40,013 nt of DNA from an uncultured Candidatus Saccharibacteria bacterium. GTDB taxonomy: Bacteria; Patescibacteriota; Minisyncoccia; Phycocordibacterales; UBA2100. The stretch covers positions 9,224-49,236 of the forward strand of contig CAZQGK010000001.1 in assembly GCA_964592945.1 (NCBI GenBank), given 5' to 3'. A program made the translations under genes and the position numbers. The notes under the pieces are model-generated. The model was given only the letters and a program-made list of their open reading frames with translations, ran no database searches and was not told the DNA's origin. This document shows, piece by piece, positions 10,089-18,923 of this stretch (the stretch's first letter is position 1; every line of letters starts with the position of its first letter).

Positions 10089-10094
10089 ATTATA
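10089..10094 (-). promoter_or_regulatory. -10 box (TATAAT) placed 7 nt from the E1 ATG; implies a leaderless transcript
   Basis: The reverse strand reads tataat-catcggc-ATG. There is no SD, and the box sits directly after the terminator hairpin of the upstream gene. Confidence 0.45.
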
Positions 10095-10097
10095 CAT

Positions 10098-10129
10098 AAA
10101 AAGGACCGGTGCGGGCCGCTGGCCCGCAC
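10098..10129 (-). terminator. Rho-independent terminator after the permease gene
   Basis: Perfect 9-bp stem (gtgcgggcc / ggcccgcac, 10109..10129) with a 3-nt loop. On the minus strand it is followed by cggtcc and then TTTTT. Confidence 0.6.
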
Positions 10130-10137
10130 AGAAAAAA

Positions 10138-11541
10138 TCATTTCAGGATGACATCGCGTTCCGAACACGGATGATACCACCGCCACACTGCCCCGAGGAC
10201 ACAGAAGACAAGCGGCACCGAGAACGCGACGATTGCGCCGAGCGGCGGGTTGTGCTCCACGAAGGTGAAGTACGGACCCGCGATGGCGCCGCCGACAACC
10301 CCGATGAGAACCACCCACGGAGATACCGCCCTTGGCCACAACAAGACGACGAAGATTGCAACGATTTGCTCACCCCTTACGATGCTCATGTTTTGAAGAA
10401 GTACTGCGATGTCGTTGACACGCAACGCCATCACAAATCCTCCGATGAGAGTGATGAACATGAATGCACGGCTCCACGCTATCGTTTCTTCTTCGCTCGA
10501 ACCTAAACCAAACCGCTTTACGATTTCTGTTCCCCATACCGTTCCGGCGCTCGCGAGCTGCGAAGCCAGAGAGGAAATGAGCACGACCGTTACGATCAGA
10601 ATCACTAAGGGTTCTGCGGCCGGCAGAAATTTGACGATCTCAAGCGCCGGCAGCTGGTCCTTCATCAAACCCATTCCAAGCATCCGTGCCAAGAAACCAA
10701 GCGAACCGTAGGCAACCAGGATAATCGAGAAGAGTACGACCGACACAGTGCCGGAGAGCACGAGACGGCTCTTTTCGATCGCATAGTTTCGTTCAACCAT
10801 CTCCGGTTTTGATATGGCACCGCCTATCAAAGACACCGCGAACGGGACGCCGAACACCCAGAACACATTCATCGGCGAAAGGTCCGGAAGCGGGATCGCG
10901 AAATCAAACGGCGCAACGGGAAAGATCCACAACAGGGCGATACCCGCTGCACCCAGGAATATGAAGAAGATCTTTCCGATATCTCCTATCATTGTTCCCC
11001 GCATACCGTGCGGCGTTGCCCACAGATACGCAATAACCCCGGCGAGGATGGAAAGTGTAAGCATGCTTACACCAAGATGCTCGCCAATCCACAGACGGAG
11101 TGTCTCCTGATTGGCCGCCTGCAGCATCGTCAGGTTGAGCGCCATCGTGTATGCGAGACTGATGATGGCGAAGATGGCGAAGACGGTGCGTAGCAACCCT
11201 CCCGAAACGCCCCGGGACACGTGCCCGAAGACCTCCGGGAGCGTGTACCCGTCTCCCTTTGCATTGTGCAGAGCCGGGCCGATTATCATCGTGAGAGCGA
11301 GGGCGAACACGTTCGGGACCGCAAAGGCGAGAAAGTGCCAAGGGCTTAGGAAGGCAAACGTGCCGCTCGCAAACAACGCAAGCGGCTGGGTCCAGTCTGC
11401 CGTGTAGGCAAAAGACCCGCGCAGCCAACCAAGATTCCTGTTGTGCACGAAGAAAGACTCGAGAGTCCGCGCAGCACGCGGGGCCACGAGCACGAGGGCC
11501 GTGAGGATGGTCAGCGTCCCTATGATCATAGATGTGGTCAT
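10138..11541 (-). CDS. Polytopic membrane permease, sodium:solute symporter (SSS)-like
   Basis: About 467 aa from ATG 11541, with AAGGAA 6 nt upstream. It is hydrophobic throughout, with roughly 12-13 predicted helices. The N-terminal LESFFVHNRNLGW...TADWT resembles the SSS family start (FFxxxRxLG). The family call is tentative. Confidence 0.5.
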   Translation of the reverse strand: MTTSMIIGTLTILTALVLVAPRAARTLESFFVHNRNLGWLRGSFAYTADWTQPLALFASGTFAFLSPWHFLAFAVPNVFALALTMIIGPALHNAKGDGYTLPEVFGHVSRGVSGGLLRTVFAIFAIISLAYTMALNLTMLQAANQETLRLWIGEHLGVSMLTLSILAGVIAYLWATPHGMRGTMIGDIGKIFFIFLGAAGIALLWIFPVAPFDFAIPLPDLSPMNVFWVFGVPFAVSLIGGAISKPEMVERNYAIEKSRLVLSGTVSVVLFSIILVAYGSLGFLARMLGMGLMKDQLPALEIVKFLPAAEPLVILIVTVVLISSLASQLASAGTVWGTEIVKRFGLGSSEEETIAWSRAFMFITLIGGFVMALRVNDIAVLLQNMSIVRGEQIVAIFVVLLWPRAVSPWVVLIGVVGGAIAGPYFTFVEHNPPLGAIVAFSVPLVFCVLGAVWRWYHPCSERDVILK

Positions 11542-11641
11542 GATGGATTCCTTGTTGGTGTATGATTTTTTAAGGAAGAACGGCCGCTTTTTTGAGACAA
11601 CTTCCAAGAGTTTACCACGAAGGTTTCCGGAAGAAAATAGA

Positions 11642-12751
11642 TTACTGGGAAATCAGCCGGATCTTGATATCTTTGTTTTCTTGCGTGAAAGGTCCCGCTG
11701 TTTGTACAATTTCAAGCGGTAAAAAGACACCTTTTTGTACGAGTTCAAACAAAGTCTGCGTCGGTGTGAGGAACAACTCACGCGAGAACTTATTCTTCGT
11801 TTCCTCCAGAAGCGCATCCGTCATCGTAGCGCCGCGACGGTACAGTCTCAGGGTAATTTGGCCTTTGGGCGAGCCGCCAGACTGGACCTCGCGGGCTTCC
11901 ACACGATAGTCGTCGACATACGGGAACAATCCAACAACGCGGTCGAACTCCTCACGCCGCAAGGTGGCTCCGGCGAGCTTTACATAATCACGGCCTGTGC
12001 GTCCGACAAGCTCAAATGTAACCGGCGCACCACACCGGCATTGCGGCAAAAACCGCGCAACATCTCCTACGCGGTACTGTCTAATATGTTCATCCTCTAT
12101 CGTAGTACTTATGTACACTTCCCCCGCCCCGCTCTCGTCAGGACCGACGATGTCGATCGTGACACCCTCTCCGGGATGATACTGGTTGCGCCTAAGGTAG
12201 CGGCAATTATCGAGTGATGACAGTCCTCCGAGTTCGCTCGTTACATAGAGCATGCGTACTGCGGCATCCGGCGTCTTTTCCGCAAATACACGCGCACGAT
12301 AGGCGGTAAGCATTTCGCCGGTAAGGAAGACATTTTTTATTCTTAGCCGTGCGGCGGTAGAAAGAGTCTCCAGTACTGCGGTGATAAACGATGGTACCCC
12401 GCGGAATGTATCCGGAGCAAAATCATCGAGAAGCATCCCTACCTCGGGTACCAGATCTCTGATATCGGTCGCCATGACTCGTATCGGCGCATTGCCCTCG
12501 CAGTAGCGCACTGAGAATACATTCGTAAGACGCGTGCTCATCGTGCCCATACAGGCGACCGGCCGTACCGAGTTTTTGAATATACTGAAAAGACGCGGCC
12601 GAGATAGTGTCGCGATGACCAGCGGCCAATCCCCCGTCGTTCCGGAGGTCGTGCGCACTATATATTGCCGCGCTTCCTCTGGCTTGAGATTAGCCGAGCG
12701 TAGTCGCGCGAGCGACCGTTCTCCAATTTCTATCAGATCAGCACGTTCCAT
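11642..12751 (-). CDS. Short PaaK/F390-synthetase-like adenylate-forming ligase A1
   Basis: 369 aa with RTTSGTTGDWP (P-loop), YRVGDVARF, CRCGAPVTFELVGRTGRDYVKLAG and a C-terminal NKDIKIR lysine. It lacks the N-terminal FY..LY segment present in A5 and A6. Confidence 0.8.
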   Translation of the reverse strand: MERADLIEIGERSLARLRSANLKPEEARQYIVRTTSGTTGDWPLVIATLSRPRLFSIFKNSVRPVACMGTMSTRLTNVFSVRYCEGNAPIRVMATDIRDLVPEVGMLLDDFAPDTFRGVPSFITAVLETLSTAARLRIKNVFLTGEMLTAYRARVFAEKTPDAAVRMLYVTSELGGLSSLDNCRYLRRNQYHPGEGVTIDIVGPDESGAGEVYISTTIEDEHIRQYRVGDVARFLPQCRCGAPVTFELVGRTGRDYVKLAGATLRREEFDRVVGLFPYVDDYRVEAREVQSGGSPKGQITLRLYRRGATMTDALLEETKNKFSRELFLTPTQTLFELVQKGVFLPLEIVQTAGPFTQENKDIKIRLISQ

Positions 12752-12753
12752 AC

Positions 12754-13491
12754 TTAAATTAAAACCGTGTCCGCCGGTATCCCCGTCCGGTACTTTACGA
12801 TCGGCGTCACAAGCTGCGCCAGCTTCGTGACGACAAGTTCGCCGTTATTGTTTTCAAGGACGCAATTCGAAAGCGGCCTCATAATAGGCTCCGAAAGTGT
12901 CGCCTCAGCTATCGCCCCCGTCTCCGGAAGAGCGAGAACGCAGCGTACGGTCCGCGCATATGGTGAGTATTGCGTGAGCGAGTTTCTATCAAATGCGGCG
13001 CCGACAAGCGTGATTGCTTCAAGTTGTTCGCTACGGCCGTCAAGGTACGGCCGTAGCCGCTCAAGAGCAGCAACATCCGTGATGAGCTGATCGACCTGAT
13101 ACCTAGATGCCGCATACGATGCTATGTCCGCGTCCTTTTCGCCTATCAGCGGCACCATGCCTCTGTCATAGCACCACATCGACTTCTCAAGCGCCTCATG
13201 CGGATCCGTCATATAGACCATCGGCCGCTTTGACTTCACTCCCCACGGCTCCCGCGCGATGTCCTCAAAACTCCATTCGGAAAGGAACGGCCCACCGGAA
13301 TTGTGCACGATCTTCACGAACGCCCGCTCGTCTTTGTAACGGCGCTGTGACAAAGGGGCGTGTATGAAGTCCGCCCGCGACACGTGCGGCAAGTTGGGAA
13401 GCCCCTTCGCACGGCCCCAGTGCCCGCTATAAAAAGACGAGGGGGCCCTCCGTACCCAAGTGATAAGTTCTTCTATCTGCTCGTCCGACAT
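12754..13491 (-). CDS. B-family protein B1: N-domain-only ligase paralogue with no P-loop
   Basis: 245 aa with a PaaK-like N-terminus (SFYSGHWG...LPHVSRADF). The P-loop position is degenerate (VHNSGGPF), and GELVVTKL...KYRTG is retained. The stop lies 2 nt before the A1 start. Confidence 0.75.
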   Translation of the reverse strand: MSDEQIEELITWVRRAPSSFYSGHWGRAKGLPNLPHVSRADFIHAPLSQRRYKDERAFVKIVHNSGGPFLSEWSFEDIAREPWGVKSKRPMVYMTDPHEALEKSMWCYDRGMVPLIGEKDADIASYAASRYQVDQLITDVAALERLRPYLDGRSEQLEAITLVGAAFDRNSLTQYSPYARTVRCVLALPETGAIAEATLSEPIMRPLSNCVLENNNGELVVTKLAQLVTPIVKYRTGIPADTVLI

Positions 13492-13611
13492 AGACTATCT
13501 GTGAAGGCTAGTGAAGTGAGTCTACCACGCGGTGTTTGCCTACGATGCGTAGCGACGGTATCATGCGAGCACACGAGTAGCATGTTCATTATTGGAAGGG
13601 AGGACGGAGTA

Positions 13612-13917
13612 ATGACCGAACCGTTGCCTGGTACGTCGCCGGCTGAATGCCAAGTATCCATCGGGGAACTCGGCATGGAAATGCTGTGGAGCCTGGTGAG
13701 AGCGGTGTGCGTCACCGTCATTCTGATCGGCCTATCGTGTGGTCCGGTCATTGCGATGGCGCAATTCGGCTTGGTCGGCCCGGGTACCCACCCGGGAACA
13801 CTGACGCTGGCATTCGCTCTTGTCATGACAGCAGTCGGAACACTGACCGGTGCGATAACATGTATCGCACTTATCGGCTCCCGGGTCCGGCTTACCGCGA
13901 ACGATATCGCGATGTGA
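13612..13917 (+). CDS. Hypothetical small two-TM membrane protein
   Basis: ATG 13612 is preceded by GGAAGGGAGGACGGAG. It has two hydrophobic helices (AVCVTVILIGLSCGPVIAMA and LAFALVMTAVGTLTGAITCIALIG). A good terminator follows. I recognise no family. Confidence 0.45.
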   Translation: MTEPLPGTSPAECQVSIGELGMEMLWSLVRAVCVTVILIGLSCGPVIAMAQFGLVGPGTHPGTLTLAFALVMTAVGTLTGAITCIALIGSRVRLTANDIAM

Positions 13918-13929
13918 GCGACACATAGC

Positions 13930-13971
13930 GACCGGCGCCATCTAGGATGGTGCCGGTCGTTCGACTTTTTT
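13930..13971 (+). terminator. Rho-independent terminator
   Basis: 13-bp stem (gaccggcgccatc / gatggtgccggtc, one mismatch) with a 3-nt loop, followed by gttcgacTTTTTT. Confidence 0.6.
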
Positions 13972-14046
13972 GAAATGGGAGACCGTGTCTCACCTTGTAT
14001 ACGAAGAACGTTCTCGCTTCGGTTCAACAGGCCTTATACCGGCTTC

Positions 14047-14075
14047 TTGAACAACATATCCCCTTGGGTTATAGT
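14047..14075 (+). promoter_or_regulatory. Sigma70-like promoter of TctC-1 (TTGAAC, 17 nt, TATAGT)
   Basis: ttgaac at 14047..14052, a 17-nt spacer, and tatagt at 14070..14075. It lies about 50 nt upstream of an SD-led ATG. Confidence 0.4.
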
Positions 14076-14126
14076 CGTGCCTGTGGTCGTTCGATTATCG
14101 GATGATCGGGAGAGGGAGAACACTAG

Positions 14127-15068
14127 ATGCGCTTTATTCGAATGATGCTCACTTACGCGTTCGCGTGCATTGTCTCAGGTCCGGCACTCGGGGAAACCTT
14201 TCCCAGCCGGGCCATTACGGTCATCGTCCCCACTACGCCGGGGTCCGGGACCGATATCGGCACGCGGCTCATCGCCGACCATATGTCCAAGACCCTGGGT
14301 CAGCCAGTGGTTATTGAGAACGTGGGCGGTGCCATCGGGATTGTCGGGACGAGGCGCTGTGCAGACGCGACGGCGGACGGCTATACGATCTGCGCCACCA
14401 ACTACGGCCAGATCGTTCTCGCGCCCTTCGACTACAAGGCACGGGGCGAGAAACTGGGCTACGAAGTGTCGTCGCTTAGGCCGGTGGCACGAACACTGCT
14501 GTTCGATTTCGTGCTCGTCGCGCACAAGAATGTGGGCGCCACGCTTCCCGAAGTGCTCGCGTACGCGCGCGCACACAACGGGCTTACCGTCGGTAACGGC
14601 GGTACGACCGGTGAGTACGCCACAAAACTACTGCGTGGCCTGCAAGCCACAAAAGTGGTTTTCGTGCCGTACCGCGGCGACCCGCTTGCAATGGCGGACG
14701 TCCTCAACGGAAGCATCAACGCCGCCTTCATGACGGCCACTGTCGCACTGCCGCACCTCAAGAGCGACATAGTGCGCGTGGTCGGCACAGTGGGAAGGAA
14801 AAAAAGCGCCCTTCTGCAGACCGTCCCCACCCTGTACGAACAAGGGTGCCTGGCCTGCGGAGACCTCGACTCATGGGGCGGTATGTTTGCCCCGAATGGC
14901 GTGCCGGAGGACAGGATGCGTATCCTGAGCCGGGCGGTTCTTGCGGCGCTCCATGACCCGGGCGTCATCGAGAAGCTGGAAAAGGCCAAGCTTACGGCAT
15001 ATCCAGCAGCCCCCGACGTGTTCGCGAACGTCATCAAGCACAACATCGCGGAGGCTCAGAAACGTTGA
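14127..15068 (+). CDS. Bug/TctC-family periplasmic solute-binding protein (TctC-1), orphan
   Basis: 313 aa with a signal peptide, then FPSRAITVIVPTTPGSGTDIGTRLIA and ...VENVGGAIG..., which are Bug-family N-terminal hallmarks. SD GGGAGAGGGAG lies upstream. Confidence 0.85.
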   Translation: MRFIRMMLTYAFACIVSGPALGETFPSRAITVIVPTTPGSGTDIGTRLIADHMSKTLGQPVVIENVGGAIGIVGTRRCADATADGYTICATNYGQIVLAPFDYKARGEKLGYEVSSLRPVARTLLFDFVLVAHKNVGATLPEVLAYARAHNGLTVGNGGTTGEYATKLLRGLQATKVVFVPYRGDPLAMADVLNGSINAAFMTATVALPHLKSDIVRVVGTVGRKKSALLQTVPTLYEQGCLACGDLDSWGGMFAPNGVPEDRMRILSRAVLAALHDPGVIEKLEKAKLTAYPAAPDVFANVIKHNIAEAQKR

Positions 15069-15083
15069 GCCCTATGACCTACC

Positions 15084-15116
15084 CCGGCGGCACGCGAGTG
15101 TCGCCGGAACATTTTT
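15084..15116 (+). terminator. Rho-independent terminator of TctC-1
   Basis: 10-bp stem (ccggcggcac / gtgtcgccgg, one G-U pair), GCGA tetraloop, then aacaTTTTT. Confidence 0.65.
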
Positions 15117-15145
15117 AATTACAAGACGGGCACACCTCGTGCAGA

Positions 15146-16561
15146 CTATTTACACTCGGTCGGATACACAGGGAGGCATCCTGTTGTTACCGGCGCCGAG
15201 AGCGTGCTGTGGAGGTCGTTCTCGACATGTTCCCGGAGCTTGTCTTTCAGAGTGGTTGCCTTCGCGACCTCTTTCGTGATGAGGTTTTCTTTTTCGCGCG
15301 GGTCGGTATTCAAGTTGTAGAGTTCTTCTTTGCCGTTTTCCAACGTAATGATGTATTTCCAACCATCCGCAGTGCGCACGCCGCGCTTGTGCGTGAAGTC
15401 GCGATAATCCGTCTCGATGAATACATCCCTGCCGGCGGTGGCAGCTCCCGTGATGTACGGCAAGAGACTTTTGCCTTCAAGCTGTCCGGCGAACGTGCCC
15501 GACGCCATTCCGAGCATCTGCACGAGTGTCGGTGCGACGTCCATCATGCTTACCTGCGCGGAAATTTTCACTCCTCCGCGCGTGCCGGGGATGCTCACTA
15601 TGACGGGCACATGCACGAGCTCGTCGTACAGCGTATGCCCGTGGTCGATGCCGCCGTGTTCATGCCACTCTTCGCCATGGTCGGATAGGACCACGATGAC
15701 CGTATTTTTGAGGAGTCCCCGCCCGTCCAGTGCGGCGATAAAATCCCCCACCCCGGCATCAGCCGCACGGATTTTGCTGTCGTAAAGGCCGTTCCAAAAC
15801 GCGACATCGGCGGGGGTAAGCGAGAGCGGGGAAACGAGTTGGTCCTCGCGGAGTTTTGCTTCCTCCTGCGGCGAGCCCGTGTACGGACCCTTGTAATCTT
15901 TCGGGACGAAAGACTCCGAACTGGTGGCGAGCTTGAACTGACCGTGGAGGTCATAGCCGTGGAAGAACATGAAAAACTTTTGATTCTTCGGAAGTGTGTC
16001 GAGCCACGCAAGCGCGTGCGTCTCGCTGTTGCCCAAGCCGCCGAATGTTTCCGCGTCGGTATAGATATCAAATCCCAGTCCGTAGCCGAACGCGTGCCCA
16101 ACACCCGCGTCTCCCGTAAACCCGCCGGTTACATATCCTGCGGCCTTCATCGCCTGCGCCAGCGTTTCTATCTGCGGCGAGAGTGCGCGCAGATCAGATA
16201 ATATTTGCTTCTTCGGGTCCTTCGGATCGTACTCGACATACTTGTTCGTCACCTTGTGCACGGAAGGGTAGGCGCCCGTCATGACGGACATGAACGCGGG
16301 CACCGTCCAGCTCGAGGCGGATATGGCGTTCACAAAGCTGTATCCCCCCGCCGCCAAGGCGTCGATGTGGGGAGTGGTCTCACGCGGGTACCCGAACGAA
16401 TGCACGCGGTCGGCACGCAATGTGTCTATACCGATGATGATGACGTTGCAGTCTTTGCACGATATGTCCGAAGACGTAGGCGAGCCTTTTCCGGACACAG
16501 CGAGACCGAGTGTGATGACGACAATGAATAAAACCGCCCCGAACAGCGCGCGCGTAACCAT
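15146..16561 (-). CDS. Membrane-anchored sulfatase-fold (alkaline-phosphatase superfamily) ectoenzyme AP-1
   Basis: 471 aa with an N-terminal TM helix, then NVIIIGIDTLRADRV...TPHIDAL and DHGEEWHEHGGIDHG. SSWTVPAF occupies the position of the sulfatase CxPxR motif. Confidence 0.8.
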   Translation of the reverse strand: MVTRALFGAVLFIVVITLGLAVSGKGSPTSSDISCKDCNVIIIGIDTLRADRVHSFGYPRETTPHIDALAAGGYSFVNAISASSWTVPAFMSVMTGAYPSVHKVTNKYVEYDPKDPKKQILSDLRALSPQIETLAQAMKAAGYVTGGFTGDAGVGHAFGYGLGFDIYTDAETFGGLGNSETHALAWLDTLPKNQKFFMFFHGYDLHGQFKLATSSESFVPKDYKGPYTGSPQEEAKLREDQLVSPLSLTPADVAFWNGLYDSKIRAADAGVGDFIAALDGRGLLKNTVIVVLSDHGEEWHEHGGIDHGHTLYDELVHVPVIVSIPGTRGGVKISAQVSMMDVAPTLVQMLGMASGTFAGQLEGKSLLPYITGAATAGRDVFIETDYRDFTHKRGVRTADGWKYIITLENGKEELYNLNTDPREKENLITKEVAKATTLKDKLREHVENDLHSTLSAPVTTGCLPVYPTECK

Positions 16562-16577
16562 AGTGCCCGGGAGTATA

Positions 16578-18164
16578 TCAAAAATATGGCTGGATTTCCT
16601 GCACGGGAGTCGGACCGGGAGTCGCCCCTCTCATTTTTACTTCCCAGTCTTCGAGCTTTGCGCGTAGCGCGACGATATCCGCATCATGCGCATGCGCGCT
16701 GTATATATTGCGTGTCTCGCCCGGATCGTTCGCGAGATCGTAGAGTTCGTACTCGGGCAACACGACAGGCTTTCCTGTGAGCCACCCCCACCAGGAATAT
16801 TTCAGGAGGGCCGTGCGCGCGAGACGATGAATGAGTTTCCATTTCTCTGTGCGTATCGCGGTGTCGTAGTAATGTTCCTTATTGTCGGCGGTTACAAATT
16901 GCGCCCACGCGGTCGATTCGATAGGCATGGATGATGGAAGAAAGATTGCCCTGCCCTGGAACGTAGACGAGAAAAGGCGCTCCCATAAGGGCGTGCGTGA
17001 CAGATACACCTCCCGCCGCGGCTGTGTCGAGGTTGCCCCCGTGAAGAAAGGCGACAGGTCGACACCGTCCACGACAGGTGCCGGTATACGCAGGAGCGAG
17101 AGCACGGTCGGCAGTACATCAACTCCGGAGGTCAGCGTCTCGATACGCCGCCCCGCGAGGGCCGGCATTTTGATGATGAGCGGCGTGTGGACCGTCTCGT
17201 CATAGATATCATAGTGCGCAATGTAGCCGCGCTCGCCCAAGGTCTCGCCGTGTTCCGACTGCAAAATGACAACTGTCCGGTCGGCAAGTCCAGTTTTTTT
17301 TATATAGTCGAAGAGTTCACCGACGATGCGGTCGGTGAGCACTAATCCGTCATCATAGCGCCCGTTCACATAGTCGATGTCTTCCTTCCCCACCGACCCC
17401 ACGGAGCGCACAGGCGTCGTTGTCGAGTAGAGGACGCCCCGGTATGCGAATCCGAGGTTGTCGCGCCACGTCATGCCTGTCCTTTTTACATCGTCAGTGT
17501 TGAGAAAACCGTCATAGGCGGGGTCGGAGAAGTGATTCGGTTCGTCCTGCCCATAGGGCCAATGCGCCGAGCCGATAGCGACCCACAAGAAGAACTGTTC
17601 GCGGTTGTGCCCGTCTATCCAAGCGATCGCGTCGGCAACCGGATTACCTCCGTGCTGATAGTATTTTGTATCTGATGCCGACGAGAGCACATACGTGTCA
17701 AATCCGCGCGTGAAGCCGGCTTTAAGGGCCGGATAATTGTAGAACTCCGGCGAGGATAAGAACGCCGCCGTCTGCATACCGTTGCTTTTAAAAATCTGCG
17801 CCATCGTGGGTACACTGTCGCGCAACACAGACTGAAAATTAATAACTCCGCTAGTGAATGGGTAGTTCCCGGTATGCACACTCATCTCACTAATAGGAGT
17901 GAGGAAACTCGTAGAAAAGTTATTACCGAAAACAATTCCATCCTTGGCCCACGCATCAATGTTGGGTGTGGTATCGCGTCCGTACCCGAAAAGGCCCATG
18001 TGGTCGGCGCGCACGCTGTCGACACTGATGAGAACCACATTCAGTTTGTCCGGCCGCAAAACGGCGGGCCGGTTTTTGTTTCCTATCAATAACGCGGCGG
18101 CCACCAGTACCACCGCCAGCGCCAGCGCCACTCCAAGTCGTCGCATGACCGAAGTATAGTACAT
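16578..18164 (-). CDS. Membrane-anchored sulfatase-fold (alkaline-phosphatase superfamily) ectoenzyme AP-2
   Basis: The start is set at ATG 18164 (MYYTSVMRRLGVALALAVVLVAAALL), 7 nt after the B2 stop. The track's 609-aa start overlaps B2. Motifs are NVVLISVDSVRADHM...TPNIDAW and SEHGETLGERGYIAH. SFLTPIS replaces CxPxR. Confidence 0.8.
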   Translation of the reverse strand: MYYTSVMRRLGVALALAVVLVAAALLIGNKNRPAVLRPDKLNVVLISVDSVRADHMGLFGYGRDTTPNIDAWAKDGIVFGNNFSTSFLTPISEMSVHTGNYPFTSGVINFQSVLRDSVPTMAQIFKSNGMQTAAFLSSPEFYNYPALKAGFTRGFDTYVLSSASDTKYYQHGGNPVADAIAWIDGHNREQFFLWVAIGSAHWPYGQDEPNHFSDPAYDGFLNTDDVKRTGMTWRDNLGFAYRGVLYSTTTPVRSVGSVGKEDIDYVNGRYDDGLVLTDRIVGELFDYIKKTGLADRTVVILQSEHGETLGERGYIAHYDIYDETVHTPLIIKMPALAGRRIETLTSGVDVLPTVLSLLRIPAPVVDGVDLSPFFTGATSTQPRREVYLSRTPLWERLFSSTFQGRAIFLPSSMPIESTAWAQFVTADNKEHYYDTAIRTEKWKLIHRLARTALLKYSWWGWLTGKPVVLPEYELYDLANDPGETRNIYSAHAHDADIVALRAKLEDWEVKMRGATPGPTPVQEIQPYF

Positions 18165-18171
18165 CCGCCTT

Positions 18172-18921
18172 TCAAACAGTGTCCGCCAAGTCGCCGGTGT
18201 AATATTTAATAATGGGGGTGGTGAGCGGCCTGTCTTTCGTGACCGTAAATCCTTCCTTGGTAGCGACCAGGAGGCAACCGGGAACAGGGATAAAAACAGG
18301 TTCGAGTGCGAACTCGGCTTCGGCAAATGCGCCGACCGCGGCTGCGGCGCGTACCAAGCGCATCCGACGCGCGTACGCGGTGAACGGCTGTAGTGTTCGT
18401 GTGTCAAAAGTCTCTCCTATGACCGTTATCGCCTCGAGCATTTCCTCCCGCTCCGCAAGGTATGGTGCGAGCTTTGTGAGCGCCCGTTCATCGGTGATGA
18501 GCGAATCGACGTTATACTTTCGAGCCGCAAAGGCGGCAATGTCGGGATCGGCCTCGCCGACGAGAGGGACCATGCCGTTCTCGTAACACCACACCGACTT
18601 CTCGAGTGCCTCATGAGAGTTCTCCATGTACACCAGCGGCCGCTTTGAGATGACGCCGAACGGTTCACGCGCAATATCCTCAAAGGCCCACTCGGAAAGA
18701 AACGATCCGTTCGCAGTATGAATAATCTTTACGAGAGAGATGTCGTCTTTGTATCTGCGTGTGGGAAGCGGAGCGCGCACGAAGTCGTCAATGGTAACAA
18801 GCGGCAACTCGTCGAAGGTGCGCTTGCCTCCCCATAGTTCCCGGTAAAAGGAAGCCTGAGGGTGGCTGGCAACAGCAGCGATGAGCCGCTCTATCTTATT
18901 GTTATCACGTAATTCAGGCAT
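18172..18921 (-). CDS. B-family protein B2: ligase paralogue with no P-loop
   Basis: 249 aa, alignable along its length with B1 and B3 (SFYRELWG, RRYKDD, FLSEWAFEDIAREPFG, HEALEKSVWCYENGMVPL, KYYTGD). The P-loop position reads IHTANGSF. Confidence 0.75.
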   Translation of the reverse strand: MPELRDNNKIERLIAAVASHPQASFYRELWGGKRTFDELPLVTIDDFVRAPLPTRRYKDDISLVKIIHTANGSFLSEWAFEDIAREPFGVISKRPLVYMENSHEALEKSVWCYENGMVPLVGEADPDIAAFAARKYNVDSLITDERALTKLAPYLAEREEMLEAITVIGETFDTRTLQPFTAYARRMRLVRAAAAVGAFAEAEFALEPVFIPVPGCLLVATKEGFTVTKDRPLTTPIIKYYTGDLADTV

Positions 18922-18923
18922 AG

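Noticed and set aside
8681-10339. The 552-aa version of the E1 ORF in the track, with its start at 10339
   Set aside because: The extra 86 N-terminal residues are Arg/Gly-rich with no homology to E2, and they overlap the 3' end of the permease gene and its terminator hairpin. ATG 10081 aligns with the E2 N-terminus and has TATAAT 7 nt upstream.
11542-11641. A possible terminator or regulatory hairpin in the A1-permease intergenic region (around aacggccgcttttttg)
   Set aside because: Only a 3-4 bp self-complementary core (cggccg) can form, and the T-run is on the wrong strand for the minus-strand operon. The support is too weak to report.
13612-13917. The small two-TM ORF read as the TctB subunit of a tripartite tricarboxylate transporter
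   Set aside because: TctB proteins are longer, with about four helices, and are encoded with a large TctA permease. No TctA-like gene is present, and the sequence shows no motif I can tie to TctB.
15146-18164. Annotating the two AP-superfamily proteins as arylsulfatases
   Set aside because: The C/S-x-P-x-R formylglycine motif is replaced by TVPAF or LTPIS, so sulfate-ester hydrolysis through formylglycine is unlikely. I call them sulfatase-fold phosphotransferase/hydrolase-like enzymes.
16578-18407. The 609-aa version of the AP-2 ORF, with its start at 18407
   Set aside because: The extension overlaps the conserved 3' part of B2 in another frame and is Pro/Arg/Ser-rich. The signal-anchor (MYYTSVMRRLGVALALAVV...) begins at 18164, just after the B2 stop.
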